IMG/VR virus record: IMGVR_UViG_3300028173_000001
Origin: an uncultured virus (IMG/VR IMGVR_UViG_3300028173_000001)
Lineage: Duplodnaviria > Heunggongvirae > Uroviricota > Caudoviricetes
Direction: 5' to 3' (one strand)
DNA: 64,000 bases
Within the stretch, counting starts at the first letter, position 1. Every line of letters begins with the position of its first letter. The notes beneath the pieces were generated by a model that worked only from the letters and a program-made list of their open reading frames with translations, was not told the origin of the DNA and searched no databases. The translations under genes and the position numbers were made by a program. This document shows, piece by piece, positions 1-11,009 of the stretch.

Positions 1-1069
1 TCATATGCAGGTCATCGCAGCCCCATACCGGTACATTCGAAGGTATGATCCTGTTACGCAATTGACAACATTACGGTTCGGTTCAGGAAATGCCTCGACG
101 CTGGATGATGACATTGTGCCTGATCCGTCTGCATTGTCGTTGAGCCTGTTTGGAAAAGCAACTGTTGCGAAATTCAGTATTGACCCTCAGTCATTACTAC
201 AAACACAAACCTTGGGTATTTCTCCGAAAGACACAACGCTGACTGTAAGATATCGTCACGGCGGTGGTCTTGGCCACAATGTCGCATCAGAACAAGTGCA
301 ACAAATCGACGAATTGTCGCTATCGTTCAGGCGAAGCCCGTCAGCATCCAACAGTCTAACGGTTCGTCAATCGATACAGGTTATCAATCCAGAAAGTGCA
401 TCGGGAGGTGCTCCGGCACCATCGCTAAACGAACTGAAGCAACTGATTCCGTCGGCACGGAAATCTCAGCGCCGCGTCGTATCGAGAGAGGATTTGCTGG
501 CAAGAATTTACACAATGCCAAGCGAGTTCGGCAGGGTTTACCGGGCGTCTGTAACTGATAATCCTGTCAATCCTCTTTCGGCTCTGTTGTATGTAGTTTC
601 GCTCGATGAAGAAGGATCGCTCTCTGTTTCACCCGATTCGTTGAAGAAAAATATCAAAACATATCTAAACGAATTGCGACTAATCGGTGATGCGATTGAT
701 GTACTTGATGTCAAGGTCGTGAATTTTGGTGTCAAGTACAGTGTGTTTGTCTCACCAAACGCTAACAAAACGCAAGTAGTGCAAAACATAAACTCTCGAA
801 TCGCGACGAATCTCAATCGCAAGTTTTTCAACGTAGATCAACCAATCGTCGTTGATGACATCACAAACGTCATCATCAATACTGACTTCGTGGTTTCGAT
901 TGTGGATTTGCAGGTGTTTCCTAGGGTTGGTTGGGTTGAGGACAGAAGCTATAACACATCGACATTTGATTTCAAACAAAGCCAGACAATGGGTCTAATC
1001 CAGCCCGACCGTGGTTCTATTTTTGAGCTAAAGTACCCTGACTACGACATTATCGGAACAGCATTCTAA
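1..1069 (+). CDS. Baseplate wedge protein (T4 gp6/baseplate J-like), 5'-truncated by the window edge
   Basis: LRFGSG, SGGAPAPSLNELK, SQRRVVSREDLLARIYTMPSEFGRVYRA and C-terminal SIFELKYPDYDIIG are typical of the gp6-like wedge C-terminal half; frame is open at the window start. Confidence 0.8.
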   Translation, partial: HMQVIAAPYRYIRRYDPVTQLTTLRFGSGNASTLDDDIVPDPSALSLSLFGKATVAKFSIDPQSLLQTQTLGISPKDTTLTVRYRHGGGLGHNVASEQVQQIDELSLSFRRSPSASNSLTVRQSIQVINPESASGGAPAPSLNELKQLIPSARKSQRRVVSREDLLARIYTMPSEFGRVYRASVTDNPVNPLSALLYVVSLDEEGSLSVSPDSLKKNIKTYLNELRLIGDAIDVLDVKVVNFGVKYSVFVSPNANKTQVVQNINSRIATNLNRKFFNVDQPIVVDDITNVIINTDFVVSIVDLQVFPRVGWVEDRSYNTSTFDFKQSQTMGLIQPDRGSIFELKYPDYDIIGTAF

Positions 1070-1079
1070 GGTTGACACA

Positions 1080-2624
1080 ATGATTATAATTTGCACAGCA
1101 AGTGCCGACACATACATTACAGATAAAATTGTCAACGGCAATATTCGTGTGACCGATGCTAACGTCGGCCGAGCTTCGACATTGGATCTGTTTACACTTT
1201 ACAACGAAACGAAACTAGAAGGCACCGGAACCCAAACAGAGGTTTCCCGGGCACTGCTCAAGTTCGACCTATCACCGATTACTGAATTAACGTCGAGCAT
1301 TCTAAATCTGAATAGCGGTCGATTCTCGGCGACCCTAGAAATGAAGGACATCATGACAGGTCATGCTGTTCCTAGAAACTTTACATTGTCAGCATTTCCA
1401 TTGTCACAATCATTTGATGAAGGTGTTGGGATCGATACAGGAAGATTCAATGATGTAGACACAGCAAACTATGTCACCGCATCATACACAACTCAAAATA
1501 ACGTTTGGTTCACTAGTGGTGCTATGGCATCCGGCTTGTTGGGCTCGAATGACATCGACTACATTTCATCTGGAAATCTGTCCGATGGCAACGGCGTCGT
1601 TTCACTCGAGTATACACAAACATTTACGGAAGGAACTGAGGATCTTTCGATTGACGTAACAAAAATCGTCTCTGCGACTTTGGCAGGCATCATTCCGGAC
1701 AAAGGGCTACGCCTGTCCTTTACGGGTTCTGAGGAAAATGATTCTAAATCAAGGTTTGTCAAGCGATTTGCATCACGCCATGTGTCAAACCCACTCCTTC
1801 GTCCAAGATTGGTGGTAAGGTTCGACGATACGATTTATGACAATCATCAAAATTTCTATTTTGACACCTCAGGAACATTGTTTTTGCAGAATTACAACCA
1901 GTCATCTTTGTCTAATCTGGTGAGCGGTTCCGGGTTGACCGACGTTTCAGGTGCGAATTGCTTCGTACTAAAACTAGACTACGGCAGGTTCAATTTTTCA
2001 GTGACAGGAAGTCAACACACCCAGGGCTCGGCAGCTTCAAATGTTACGGGCTTATATTCAGCATCCTTTGCATTGGCATCTGTGAATGACGGACTGTATG
2101 ACAAATCAAAGAAAATCTCAGAGTTGATTGCGAAAAATGGTGAAGTAACATTCACGACGTATTGGCAGTCATCTGACTTCTCTGTTGCTTATCATACAGG
2201 CAGTTTGGTTATGAAACGTGCCGACCGAAGAGCCGGCAATTTTATCTCAAGGGAACCACAGATTGTTGTAACCAACGCGTCACCGGATTACAGTGTCCAC
2301 GACACGGTACGATTCAGGCTATTTGGAAGAGACCTTGAGGCTGAAGAAGATGCACCAAGAAAACGAAAATATTCACGGAAGTCTGTTATCTATGATAGAA
2401 TATACTACCAGGTTGTGGATCGTGTCACTGAGAAGGTCATACTGAAATATGACGACAAGAATGATTCAACCCGGGTTTCGACAGACTCGAACGGCATGTT
2501 TTTTGATTTCAAGATGCAGGCACTCCTTCCTGGTCGATCATACGCTTTTGATTTTTACATAATTGAAAGAGGTTCAAGTTATTTGACTCGAGACCGAGGC
2601 ACGGTTTTTACGGTAAGAGGATAA
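1080..2624 (+). CDS. Virion structural protein (DNRLRE-like N-terminal domain)
   Basis: ADTYIT...SRALLKFDL and PLLRPRLVVRFDD motifs; directly follows the baseplate wedge gene. Confidence 0.55.
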   Translation: MIIICTASADTYITDKIVNGNIRVTDANVGRASTLDLFTLYNETKLEGTGTQTEVSRALLKFDLSPITELTSSILNLNSGRFSATLEMKDIMTGHAVPRNFTLSAFPLSQSFDEGVGIDTGRFNDVDTANYVTASYTTQNNVWFTSGAMASGLLGSNDIDYISSGNLSDGNGVVSLEYTQTFTEGTEDLSIDVTKIVSATLAGIIPDKGLRLSFTGSEENDSKSRFVKRFASRHVSNPLLRPRLVVRFDDTIYDNHQNFYFDTSGTLFLQNYNQSSLSNLVSGSGLTDVSGANCFVLKLDYGRFNFSVTGSQHTQGSAASNVTGLYSASFALASVNDGLYDKSKKISELIAKNGEVTFTTYWQSSDFSVAYHTGSLVMKRADRRAGNFISREPQIVVTNASPDYSVHDTVRFRLFGRDLEAEEDAPRKRKYSRKSVIYDRIYYQVVDRVTEKVILKYDDKNDSTRVSTDSNGMFFDFKMQALLPGRSYAFDFYIIERGSSYLTRDRGTVFTVRG

Positions 2625-2625
2625 A

Positions 2626-5600
2626 ATGTCAAGAGATCGTAACATCCTAGCGGGAAACTTATTGTTTCGACCAGGAATTGTCCGAACTAAACGTCCGGCG
2701 GCTCCAGTTAGGTCGATGACGCTGAACGATGCCGGAAATACGAGATTGAGCCTAACCGGGTCATTCAGGTACGACTCACCGGGATCTGCATTGAAGAGCT
2801 CCCAACAATTATTCGTTGATTGGTCTGACTTCGCGAATCATACATTCTTCAATTCGGCTGAAGCCAAAGTTCAAAAAGCTTTCGACAAAATCATCAATAA
2901 GTTCCCATTTGATGGAACAAGAACTGAATTCAATGAGTTCGTGGATGGGTTGTCGGGCTTCGAAAAGTATGTGCTGGACGAATTTCCAAAACATACAGGT
3001 TATTTGGCATTCAGCGGTTCAAGCTCTCCGACATCACCGGGAACATATATCAACGTCCTTGATTTCAAGGGCACACATTCGCCGGTGCTTTCGAAAGACC
3101 CGACCGGCCGATCAGTGTTGGATCCCGGGACGAAGTCGTTTACGACTGAATTCTACGTTTATGTCCCAAGCGGTTCAACAAATGATTGTCAGGTCATAAC
3201 TCAAAAACTGAGCGGAAGCAATGGCATATCGCATGTTCTGTCATCCTCAGCAGCTATGACTAGCCCAAATGGAACCGTAAACATTCAAACAATGATCCGT
3301 TCAGGTTCAATGATGCTGTCTGCATCGATGGAAATCAACAAGGGAGAATTTGTTCACTGCGCGTCTGTTTTCGATAAGGTATCTTCACCGGGCCAGATTA
3401 GGTTGTATCGTAATGCCGAGCTAATTTCCTCAAGTACCGTGGCCGCTATCGGCGAAATAGACTTCAAGACGTCACCACTCACGATTGGTAGCGGCTCGGC
3501 ACACGATTTTGGATATTTTGAATTTGTTCCTGTTGAAACACTAAGCGGCGCATTGGATGAGGTAAGGGTTTGGAACACACCACGAACCCAAGACGAGCTG
3601 CAAAAATATCGATTTTTGGATGTGTTTGCACAGGACAACCTTCAATTGCTTTACAGGTTCAACGAGCCTTCCGGTTCATTTGCGGGAGGCGGTTCTGCCC
3701 TTGTTTTGGATCACAGCAGCAATGCTCTTCATTCGACTGTCCAGAACTTCTCAATTGGTTTACGAAACACCGGAACGTTTGGATCTGCCCCGGTATCGGG
3801 CGAAAATTCATTGGTTTCGACTGTTTTGTTTCCATCATTCGCCGGTGTTACTTCGTTGAATGCTGACTTATTGACATCAGCATCAAATTACGATTACAGC
3901 AACCCAAACCTTGTCACTCGACTGATTCCCCCACATTATCTTAGGGAGGCTGCAGAAGCGGAAGGCTACGAAACGGCGAAGGCTGATGTTGGCGACGCAA
4001 TTAGCTCAAGGTATGACCAGCCAGGCGGTGCTCGAGTAGGCCAGCCCCAAATTATTGCAGGACTCTTGTACACCTTCGCCGAGACATTCGATGAATTGAA
4101 AATGTTCATTGATGAGTTCAAACGACTACTAAAGGTCGACGTTTTGTCACAAGACGTAATATCAGACCAGCTCCTTCCGTGGCTGGGAAGCTATTATGGA
4201 ATTGCAATGCCAAACTTCTTCAGTGGGGCATCAATTGACCAGCTTCTTGACGGAAAAGACATCAGGAATGATCGACTAAACACAACTGCTTTGCAGGCGG
4301 TTCAAAATACACTCTGGCGAAGAATATTCTCTGATTTGCCATTCATTTTGTCAACAAGAGGAACCCACTCATCAATTCGTTCTCTTTTAGCCAACATGGG
4401 AATAAACCCAGATGGCCCAATTAGGATTAGGGAATTCGGTGGCTCAAAATATAGAAATCTAGGTGATTCGTACATCCGCCGACATGAAATTGCAGCGATG
4501 CTTGATATGAGTGGTTCACTCGGGGCTCCGGGAACATTGAGTGCCCAAGGGGTTGATTCCGCGAGACCACTGATTTCAGGCTCATATCTATCGGGTTCTA
4601 GAAGTGAACCAGGGTTGCCTCTAATGGCCGGAAGTCTCGTGGGTGGAGTATCCAACAACGAATCAGACGGGTTGTACACATCAGGGTCCTGGACCTTCGA
4701 GAGTACCTATAAATTCGATAACAAGTCAACACATTTTCCCACCCAGAGTTTGGCACGATTGCACACCACCGGAACTGATGCATCTGCGGCAAATCACGGC
4801 GTGCTATTCAATCTGGTTGCCTTCGAGCCGAGCGTAACTAGATCGACGACCGGCAGCTTAAGCTTCTATGGTCGCCCATCAAGCGGATCAACAGCTCCTA
4901 CACTTCATTTGCAGCTCACGGGTGTGAACGTTTTCGATGGACAAAAGTGGCAGGTTTCCTTTGGACGACACAGGAATGATTTCATTTCTTCCCATGTATC
5001 ATCTTCATATTTCCTTCGAGCGGGCAAGTTTACTCCCGCGGGCCTTGAAGAATTTATGACGACGGCGAGCTATTTTGACGAGGGTTCAAGCGACGCCCTC
5101 GAAAACATTGCGGAATACAACACAAGCGGTGCCTTTGCGGTGATCGGCAGCCAAAGCCTGAATGTTTCAACGAATAACTTCCTGAATACAACAACATCAC
5201 CGTCATTTTCGAGAGTGACCGATTTCTCAGGAAAAACGTCAGGTATTCGATTCTGGAGTAAAGGTTTGTCCCCTGCGGAATCGAAAACACATGCCAAGAA
5301 CTTCAAATCATTGGGTGTGACAGATCCAGAGACAAATTTCAACTTCGTGACAACATCGACAGGATCCTTTGCAAGAATTAGGCAGGACGTTTCGATGCAT
5401 CAAATCGTAACGAAGTCGGATGCCTCAGGAAATGTTGCGTTATTTGATTTCTCACAAAACAGTCTGACATTTGGAGCATCAGGCTTCCAGGCTAGCACCG
5501 AGGTCATAAAACCAGAACGTTTTGATTTCGATGTGTTGTCACCAAATTTCCAGGCTGGCGAAAACCCAAATAAGGTACGAATTAGAAGTTACCTGAATGA

Positions 5601-6096
5601 AGAAACGGCAGAGAAATTTGATGCTTCACTTGCTCCATTGCATGAGATAAACCAGTCAGAAGAACCTCATGATGATAAACGCGTCGCCATCGAGATTTCA
5701 CTCGTCCAGGCGCTGAATGAAGACATCATGAATATCTTTTCAACGTTGAATGCATTGGACAACCTGATAGGAAGTCCTGAGTTGGTATTTTCACAAGAGT
5801 ACCCGAACTTGAGGAACCTGCGAAGGGTGTATTTCAATAGACTCACCGAACGGATTCACATCCAGTCGTTCTTTGAGTTCTTCAAATGGTTTGACGATAC
5901 GGTTGGCACATTGTTGGAGCAAATGCTTCCGAGCGATTCAATCTTCTTGGGAACGAGCTATATCATTGAATCACATGCACTCGAGCGCCCGAAGTTCTCA
6001 TACAAGTACTACGATATGTATTTGGGGGTGAATGATAGAGGCGGAAAAGAAACAATCCTGATGCAGCAAATCGTCGGAACGATAAGGAAAATGTGA
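2626..6096 (+). CDS. Large baseplate/tail protein with LamG (concanavalin A-like) domains
   Basis: SFTTEFYV, SGALDEVRVWNTPRT, LLYRFNE LamG pattern; LPFILSTRGTHSSIRSLL resembles a wedge/tail protein I-like segment. Confidence 0.65.
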   Translation: MSRDRNILAGNLLFRPGIVRTKRPAAPVRSMTLNDAGNTRLSLTGSFRYDSPGSALKSSQQLFVDWSDFANHTFFNSAEAKVQKAFDKIINKFPFDGTRTEFNEFVDGLSGFEKYVLDEFPKHTGYLAFSGSSSPTSPGTYINVLDFKGTHSPVLSKDPTGRSVLDPGTKSFTTEFYVYVPSGSTNDCQVITQKLSGSNGISHVLSSSAAMTSPNGTVNIQTMIRSGSMMLSASMEINKGEFVHCASVFDKVSSPGQIRLYRNAELISSSTVAAIGEIDFKTSPLTIGSGSAHDFGYFEFVPVETLSGALDEVRVWNTPRTQDELQKYRFLDVFAQDNLQLLYRFNEPSGSFAGGGSALVLDHSSNALHSTVQNFSIGLRNTGTFGSAPVSGENSLVSTVLFPSFAGVTSLNADLLTSASNYDYSNPNLVTRLIPPHYLREAAEAEGYETAKADVGDAISSRYDQPGGARVGQPQIIAGLLYTFAETFDELKMFIDEFKRLLKVDVLSQDVISDQLLPWLGSYYGIAMPNFFSGASIDQLLDGKDIRNDRLNTTALQAVQNTLWRRIFSDLPFILSTRGTHSSIRSLLANMGINPDGPIRIREFGGSKYRNLGDSYIRRHEIAAMLDMSGSLGAPGTLSAQGVDSARPLISGSYLSGSRSEPGLPLMAGSLVGGVSNNESDGLYTSGSWTFESTYKFDNKSTHFPTQSLARLHTTGTDASAANHGVLFNLVAFEPSVTRSTTGSLSFYGRPSSGSTAPTLHLQLTGVNVFDGQKWQVSFGRHRNDFISSHVSSSYFLRAGKFTPAGLEEFMTTASYFDEGSSDALENIAEYNTSGAFAVIGSQSLNVSTNNFLNTTTSPSFSRVTDFSGKTSGIRFWSKGLSPAESKTHAKNFKSLGVTDPETNFNFVTTSTGSFARIRQDVSMHQIVTKSDASGNVALFDFSQNSLTFGASGFQASTEVIKPERFDFDVLSPNFQAGENPNKVRIRSYLNEETAEKFDASLAPLHEINQSEEPHDDKRVAIEISLVQALNEDIMNIFSTLNALDNLIGSPELVFSQEYPNLRNLRRVYFNRLTERIHIQSFFEFFKWFDDTVGTLLEQMLPSDSIFLGTSYIIESHALERPKFSYKYYDMYLGVNDRGGKETILMQQIVGTIRKM

Positions 6097-7022
6097 TGCC
6101 GAGCGAAAACAACGACAAAATAAATCAAGTCATCACCGGCGAATCACCGTGGTATTCGGCTTCATTTTCACCCTTTGTACAAGGTGTGGAAATCAGAAGC
6201 CCGCAACAGCTATTTTCGTTTACTTCTCCGAAGCTACGTGGCAACATATCATTTGGTAGAACGGTCGATGACGTCCTTCAATCCCAACAGTTTTTCAATG
6301 ACTCATATTCACCAGAAAACCTGGGTGAGGTGAACTCGGGTTCGCAGGTAAACCTTGATTCCCATGGCAAGCTTGGCATCGAGGTCATCCACGAGGTAGA
6401 AACCCGGGACTTCGGAACTACATCATTATTTGTGGGTAGCGAGCCGTTTGAAGAAGTCGACACACAAGATCCCGTATCAATTCTTTCGACACATCCTTTG
6501 GATCTTGTCCAGCCAATAGGATTGGTCCAGGTTTCAGCATTGTCATCATTCAATGGAACGATTGAACCATTTGAAATTAGAAAAGTAATCGACAGATCTT
6601 CAATCGAAATGCCCTTCATTTCTAGGAGCATAAAAGGTAGTATGTCGATCACCAACGAAAAACGTGAAAGTATTGTGGTTGGTGATAGTACAGATTTACG
6701 TGATGCAGGTACGGTTCCATTTTTGGATAGCGCTGGTACATTCGGAACAATCGACCAACCAGGGGCATTCTCGGATGCTGATAAACGGTTAGCACCATTC
6801 AACGACACGGATGATGCTGAGCTGCTTTACAAGAGCGACACCCTCGACACCGAGATGAGAAACACAATGATAAACGGATTTGTGTCGGCATCAATAACAT
6901 ACACCGCATCACCGGTCGAGGCACTACGAAGTTCGATTGTTGTGTCCGGTCATGGGTTCCAGTTTTCACAGAATGATAATTACGGATATGATTCAATTGC
7001 ATTCGGGGGCTTGTTGAAGTAA
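6093..7022 (+). CDS. Hypothetical virion structural protein
   Basis: 309-aa ORF overlapping the upstream stop within the structural operon. Confidence 0.5.
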   Translation: MMPSENNDKINQVITGESPWYSASFSPFVQGVEIRSPQQLFSFTSPKLRGNISFGRTVDDVLQSQQFFNDSYSPENLGEVNSGSQVNLDSHGKLGIEVIHEVETRDFGTTSLFVGSEPFEEVDTQDPVSILSTHPLDLVQPIGLVQVSALSSFNGTIEPFEIRKVIDRSSIEMPFISRSIKGSMSITNEKRESIVVGDSTDLRDAGTVPFLDSAGTFGTIDQPGAFSDADKRLAPFNDTDDAELLYKSDTLDTEMRNTMINGFVSASITYTASPVEALRSSIVVSGHGFQFSQNDNYGYDSIAFGGLLK

Positions 7023-9773
7023 ATGGCAAGAATTTTCATAACAGGATCGGGACAGAACCGTGGGTGGCACACTGGCAGTGGCGTACTTTCACTGCCAGTT
7101 CGTATACAATTACGTGATCAGGATGCCCGCCGAGGACAATATCCTACAATAATTCGCACCGGTGACTCGAATTATTTGGGCAACTCTCTAATCAAGTTTG
7201 ATGATACAAAAGCGGCAGCCTTCGGTAAGGGCGAAACGGTGTGGCCGAACAATATGCTTGTTGGCAGCAACAACATGTCAGGAAACGTCGCAACCCCGAG
7301 CGTATCATTTGGAATCACCGGCCCTGGAACAGGGAGTGTCGGTCTAACAGATTTAGGCATAACGTTCCAGCAACCCGCAGCGATTAGTCCGTTTGTCGAA
7401 AATCGATTATATATTGATGAGACGTCAGCGTTCTACGCAACTGGAACATCTGAATCTGTACTCCCAGGATTTTCACAAAAACTATCATCGAAAACGTCAT
7501 TTTCATTAGACATCAGCCCGGTCGTCACAACATCGGTATACTGGAGTACCGGAACCGGTGTTGATACGACATATGCAAGTTCTGCCGCAGCACTCGACGC
7601 CGGTGTCAATCCCGGTGTGGCGTATTATAATTGGAACTCAAAGAAATGGGAAATAATTGGCGACCTAACAACAGGGAGCAACGTTGATTACTTGAGTGAG
7701 TTTTATGAAACCGCGCGAGGATCTTATTTGTGTACGGTTCCATCGACGAAACCAAATTCAGCCGGCGGTGATTTGGATGTCCAGAATCCGTGGGGACTAC
7801 CAGTCAGCACATTTGGTTTTCCATTCGCATCAAAATTTGACGCTTCGGCCGGCCAAACAAAACAAATAACAGGATCAATCGCACATCCATTTTTGGTTGA
7901 AAAAGTTGTATTAGAATTCACTGGAACTGTCTCCGGCCCAGCGTTTGATGAGGTTTTTGGTTCGCCGACGGAGCCTGCAATCAAAACGTTTATGCTAATG
8001 AGACAGTCAAACCAGAATATTGCTAAAACTCATTACGTTGATGCAACATTCCGAGATTGGACCGCGGCTCCACCGACAACCATTGTAAACGTCGAGAACG
8101 AATACGCTCAAACGAAACATCGAGACATAGTGTGGTTCGGTAGAGTTGGAACATATGAAGAGTCAGCATTTTCATCACTTGCGGCGCTAACCGGCTCACA
8201 TATTCAAATTGCGAAGTCCGCTGATTTGTGGGTTCCGACCAGCGATTGGGGCGGCCCATCAACTGGATCGTTTAGAATTGCAGCACCATGCAGATCGATT
8301 GGAATCGGGAAAAATATAAGCCCAATGATCCCAAATCGGCGCCTCCAAGAATTGCTGGGCGACACCTATCCTGTGGGTAATATATTTGGCGGAACCAGTT
8401 TGTCATCACTTTCTGGCGGGCGGTCATACATTAGATCTGTCGTGGGAAATGAAACGTCAGGAACATTTCAATATGCAACAGGGTTTTCAACACCGACATA
8501 TACAGATCTATACCAAGATGCACCGTTTGTTTTGATGCCATCAGATCGTTTGGTTCTAGCGGTGGCAAATCAAATTGCACCGAATTTACTGTTTAGTGAT
8601 ACGTTCAATGAACATCATGTTTTCGAACGTGATAGACTAGAATTATCAGTCGGCGAATCAAAAATAACACTTTACGGTTCACTTTTGCGAAACACGAAGC
8701 CAATTGAGCCAATGACAAATCAGTTTCTGACGTCCAACGCAGTCCATGAGGACATCAAATGGGATATTCCAGTGATGGATCAGTTTGAGGTAGAACCGCG
8801 AGTTACGTTATCCGGTTCATATTCTGACAACATCATAACTGGCTCAATGCTTGTTTCACCCATGGGCAGCGACATTGCACAAAATGTAAGAAGGGTACAA
8901 AGCTCAGTTGCGAATGGAACAGCAGGAACAACAGGAAGTTTGCAGCGGTTCGTAAGATTGACCGATTCGTCCGGGCCATTATATGATAGTTTCGGACCTG
9001 ATATTACAAAAACATTCGTATCAACAGGTTTAGGATTACTTTCGACATCATCTTGGGGAGCTCCCGTCAACGTTGTTGCAATCGATGCACCAGACGATGG
9101 CATAACCTCTCAGGGCATTGATAATCATTGGTGGTTACGACCAGCATTTGAAAAGACCGCAATACGTTCTGTCGGAAACTTTATTCGTGGGAGTCACGCA
9201 ACATATAATACCGCGGGAACCCTGCAAGGAACATTTACGGCGGATCCAAGCGATGCATTATATATACCTGCAAACGCAGGGCTAGTTCCTTCGCCGAATT
9301 TTGTCCGAGACAACGATGGAAGTGTATCTAGCCCAGAAGCCGCGTATCGATCGTACAAGGCACTTTTTGGGTTTGGTAATGGCAAATTCAACACTCCAAG
9401 ATTTGTTCCAAATGATTTGACTGACGTCGTTAGTAAAGGGTACAACGTTGAAATTCGGGGCTACAAATATGGCCTTGCAGGCATTGGCGGGTCAACACCA
9501 GACGCTCGCTTTCGACGTTCTCGTTTTGGGCAGTTTAGAGATATGCTAGAGCAGCGAAAATACCCGGCGACAATTCGGAACGGAAGCGTTGAGTACCCGG
9601 TCGAAATTATTTTCAAGAGCAGGGAAGGTGTCACAGCATCACCCGAGAACACGCATTCACAGAACTTATCGACTCACGCATCATCGTCGTTCCCATACTA
9701 CGATGGGCTCACCGTTGACAGGGCTGATGATCCTGATACATCTCTCGTCGCCGTTGATATTGTTATTTCATAA
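7023..9773 (+). CDS. Hypothetical virion structural protein (Ser/Thr/Gly-rich)
   Basis: 916-aa ORF, beta-rich composition, abuts neighbours in the tail/baseplate operon. Confidence 0.55.
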   Translation: MARIFITGSGQNRGWHTGSGVLSLPVRIQLRDQDARRGQYPTIIRTGDSNYLGNSLIKFDDTKAAAFGKGETVWPNNMLVGSNNMSGNVATPSVSFGITGPGTGSVGLTDLGITFQQPAAISPFVENRLYIDETSAFYATGTSESVLPGFSQKLSSKTSFSLDISPVVTTSVYWSTGTGVDTTYASSAAALDAGVNPGVAYYNWNSKKWEIIGDLTTGSNVDYLSEFYETARGSYLCTVPSTKPNSAGGDLDVQNPWGLPVSTFGFPFASKFDASAGQTKQITGSIAHPFLVEKVVLEFTGTVSGPAFDEVFGSPTEPAIKTFMLMRQSNQNIAKTHYVDATFRDWTAAPPTTIVNVENEYAQTKHRDIVWFGRVGTYEESAFSSLAALTGSHIQIAKSADLWVPTSDWGGPSTGSFRIAAPCRSIGIGKNISPMIPNRRLQELLGDTYPVGNIFGGTSLSSLSGGRSYIRSVVGNETSGTFQYATGFSTPTYTDLYQDAPFVLMPSDRLVLAVANQIAPNLLFSDTFNEHHVFERDRLELSVGESKITLYGSLLRNTKPIEPMTNQFLTSNAVHEDIKWDIPVMDQFEVEPRVTLSGSYSDNIITGSMLVSPMGSDIAQNVRRVQSSVANGTAGTTGSLQRFVRLTDSSGPLYDSFGPDITKTFVSTGLGLLSTSSWGAPVNVVAIDAPDDGITSQGIDNHWWLRPAFEKTAIRSVGNFIRGSHATYNTAGTLQGTFTADPSDALYIPANAGLVPSPNFVRDNDGSVSSPEAAYRSYKALFGFGNGKFNTPRFVPNDLTDVVSKGYNVEIRGYKYGLAGIGGSTPDARFRRSRFGQFRDMLEQRKYPATIRNGSVEYPVEIIFKSREGVTASPENTHSQNLSTHASSSFPYYDGLTVDRADDPDTSLVAVDIVIS

Positions 9774-9789
9774 TTGGACATGGTGATTT

Positions 9790-10968
9790 ATGCCGAAAAT
9801 TGAACAAGGTGAACTACGAAAAAAGGACAAACTAATCGTTCGTTCTGGACAAAACGATGAGGTTCAAAAGGTAATATTTCCAAATGGGCTTCAAGTTGGT
9901 TTGCCGACACAGAATTTCAATCATGGAATTGGCCTGCAGAACCTGGACACTGCACCGAATAAAACGACAAATGCACTTTATGCAGTAGATGATGTGCTCT
10001 ACTTCAACGGATCGGCGGTTGACACCGGTGGAGGAGGTGGCGCAACCCCAGAAACCTTTTGGAGCTCTGAGGTAAGCCAATCAATATTCACAACAGGCTC
10101 CGCCGCAATCTCAGGAACACTCGACGTTGTGGAGGGCATTACGGGCTCATTGACCTTACTGAATGATGGAACATCATACTTGAAGGCAGGTTCGAATGTA
10201 ACGATTACATCGGGCACGAATGGTTCCGTGACAATTGCTTCAACGGGTGCAAGGTTCGAAAAATGGGATCCTTCGGCACCGCCAGAAACGGCAGGCGATC
10301 TCGACGATGAATTTAGATCGGCATTGGCCGGCTGGACGACATTCGATCCAGGTTCATCAGGAATGACGACCGTAATAACAAACCAGGGATTGTTGATCGA
10401 TCAACCAGTCATCGCCGGCGACAAGATTGCCGGTGTGTTTAAACAGTTCACAACACAATCAGCTGATTATGAACACACATTTTGGTCGAAGTGGAGTTGG
10501 TTGTCAGAGGACTTTTCAGACTATCCAGGGGTGTTTTTGTGGATTGGTGCTGCAGATATAGTTTCCGCGCCGTCAACATCGAAGATTTGGACGATAAACC
10601 TGCTTAGAGAAGCAAACGCATTTTATATTGACACACAAGAATTCAACAACTATTCTTCTTTTGCTAGCTCCACACCAAACGCTGCGGTCGCTGTTCTTGG
10701 CGCTACTGTATTCGGTAGGATCCGTGTGAGCTATGATTTAGGAACCGACACAACAACATTTTCATTTGATTATTCAGGCGATGGTGTCGGGTGGTTTAAG
10801 CAAAAAGTACGTACAATATCAGGACATCTTTCATGCATTGGCGTTGGCGTGAACAACACAGGCGGTTCATCAAAATTACATGGGACATTCGAGTTTTTTC
10901 GCTCTCGAGATGACGCTGACTTCTTTTACGTGCCGTCTGGATCAATGGTTACAAAAACGAAAGCATAA
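9790..10968 (+). CDS. Putative tail fibre/receptor-binding protein with C-terminal lectin-like beta-sandwich
   Basis: Fibre-like GITGSLT/AGSNVTITSG segment; C-terminal DDEF...W and FDYSGDGVGW pattern resembles a concanavalin-like domain. Confidence 0.45.
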   Translation: MPKIEQGELRKKDKLIVRSGQNDEVQKVIFPNGLQVGLPTQNFNHGIGLQNLDTAPNKTTNALYAVDDVLYFNGSAVDTGGGGGATPETFWSSEVSQSIFTTGSAAISGTLDVVEGITGSLTLLNDGTSYLKAGSNVTITSGTNGSVTIASTGARFEKWDPSAPPETAGDLDDEFRSALAGWTTFDPGSSGMTTVITNQGLLIDQPVIAGDKIAGVFKQFTTQSADYEHTFWSKWSWLSEDFSDYPGVFLWIGAADIVSAPSTSKIWTINLLREANAFYIDTQEFNNYSSFASSTPNAAVAVLGATVFGRIRVSYDLGTDTTTFSFDYSGDGVGWFKQKVRTISGHLSCIGVGVNNTGGSSKLHGTFEFFRSRDDADFFYVPSGSMVTKTKA

Positions 10969-11009
10969 CAGAATCATTTTGTGAATTTTAGGGTACAATA
11001 TTTATAAGC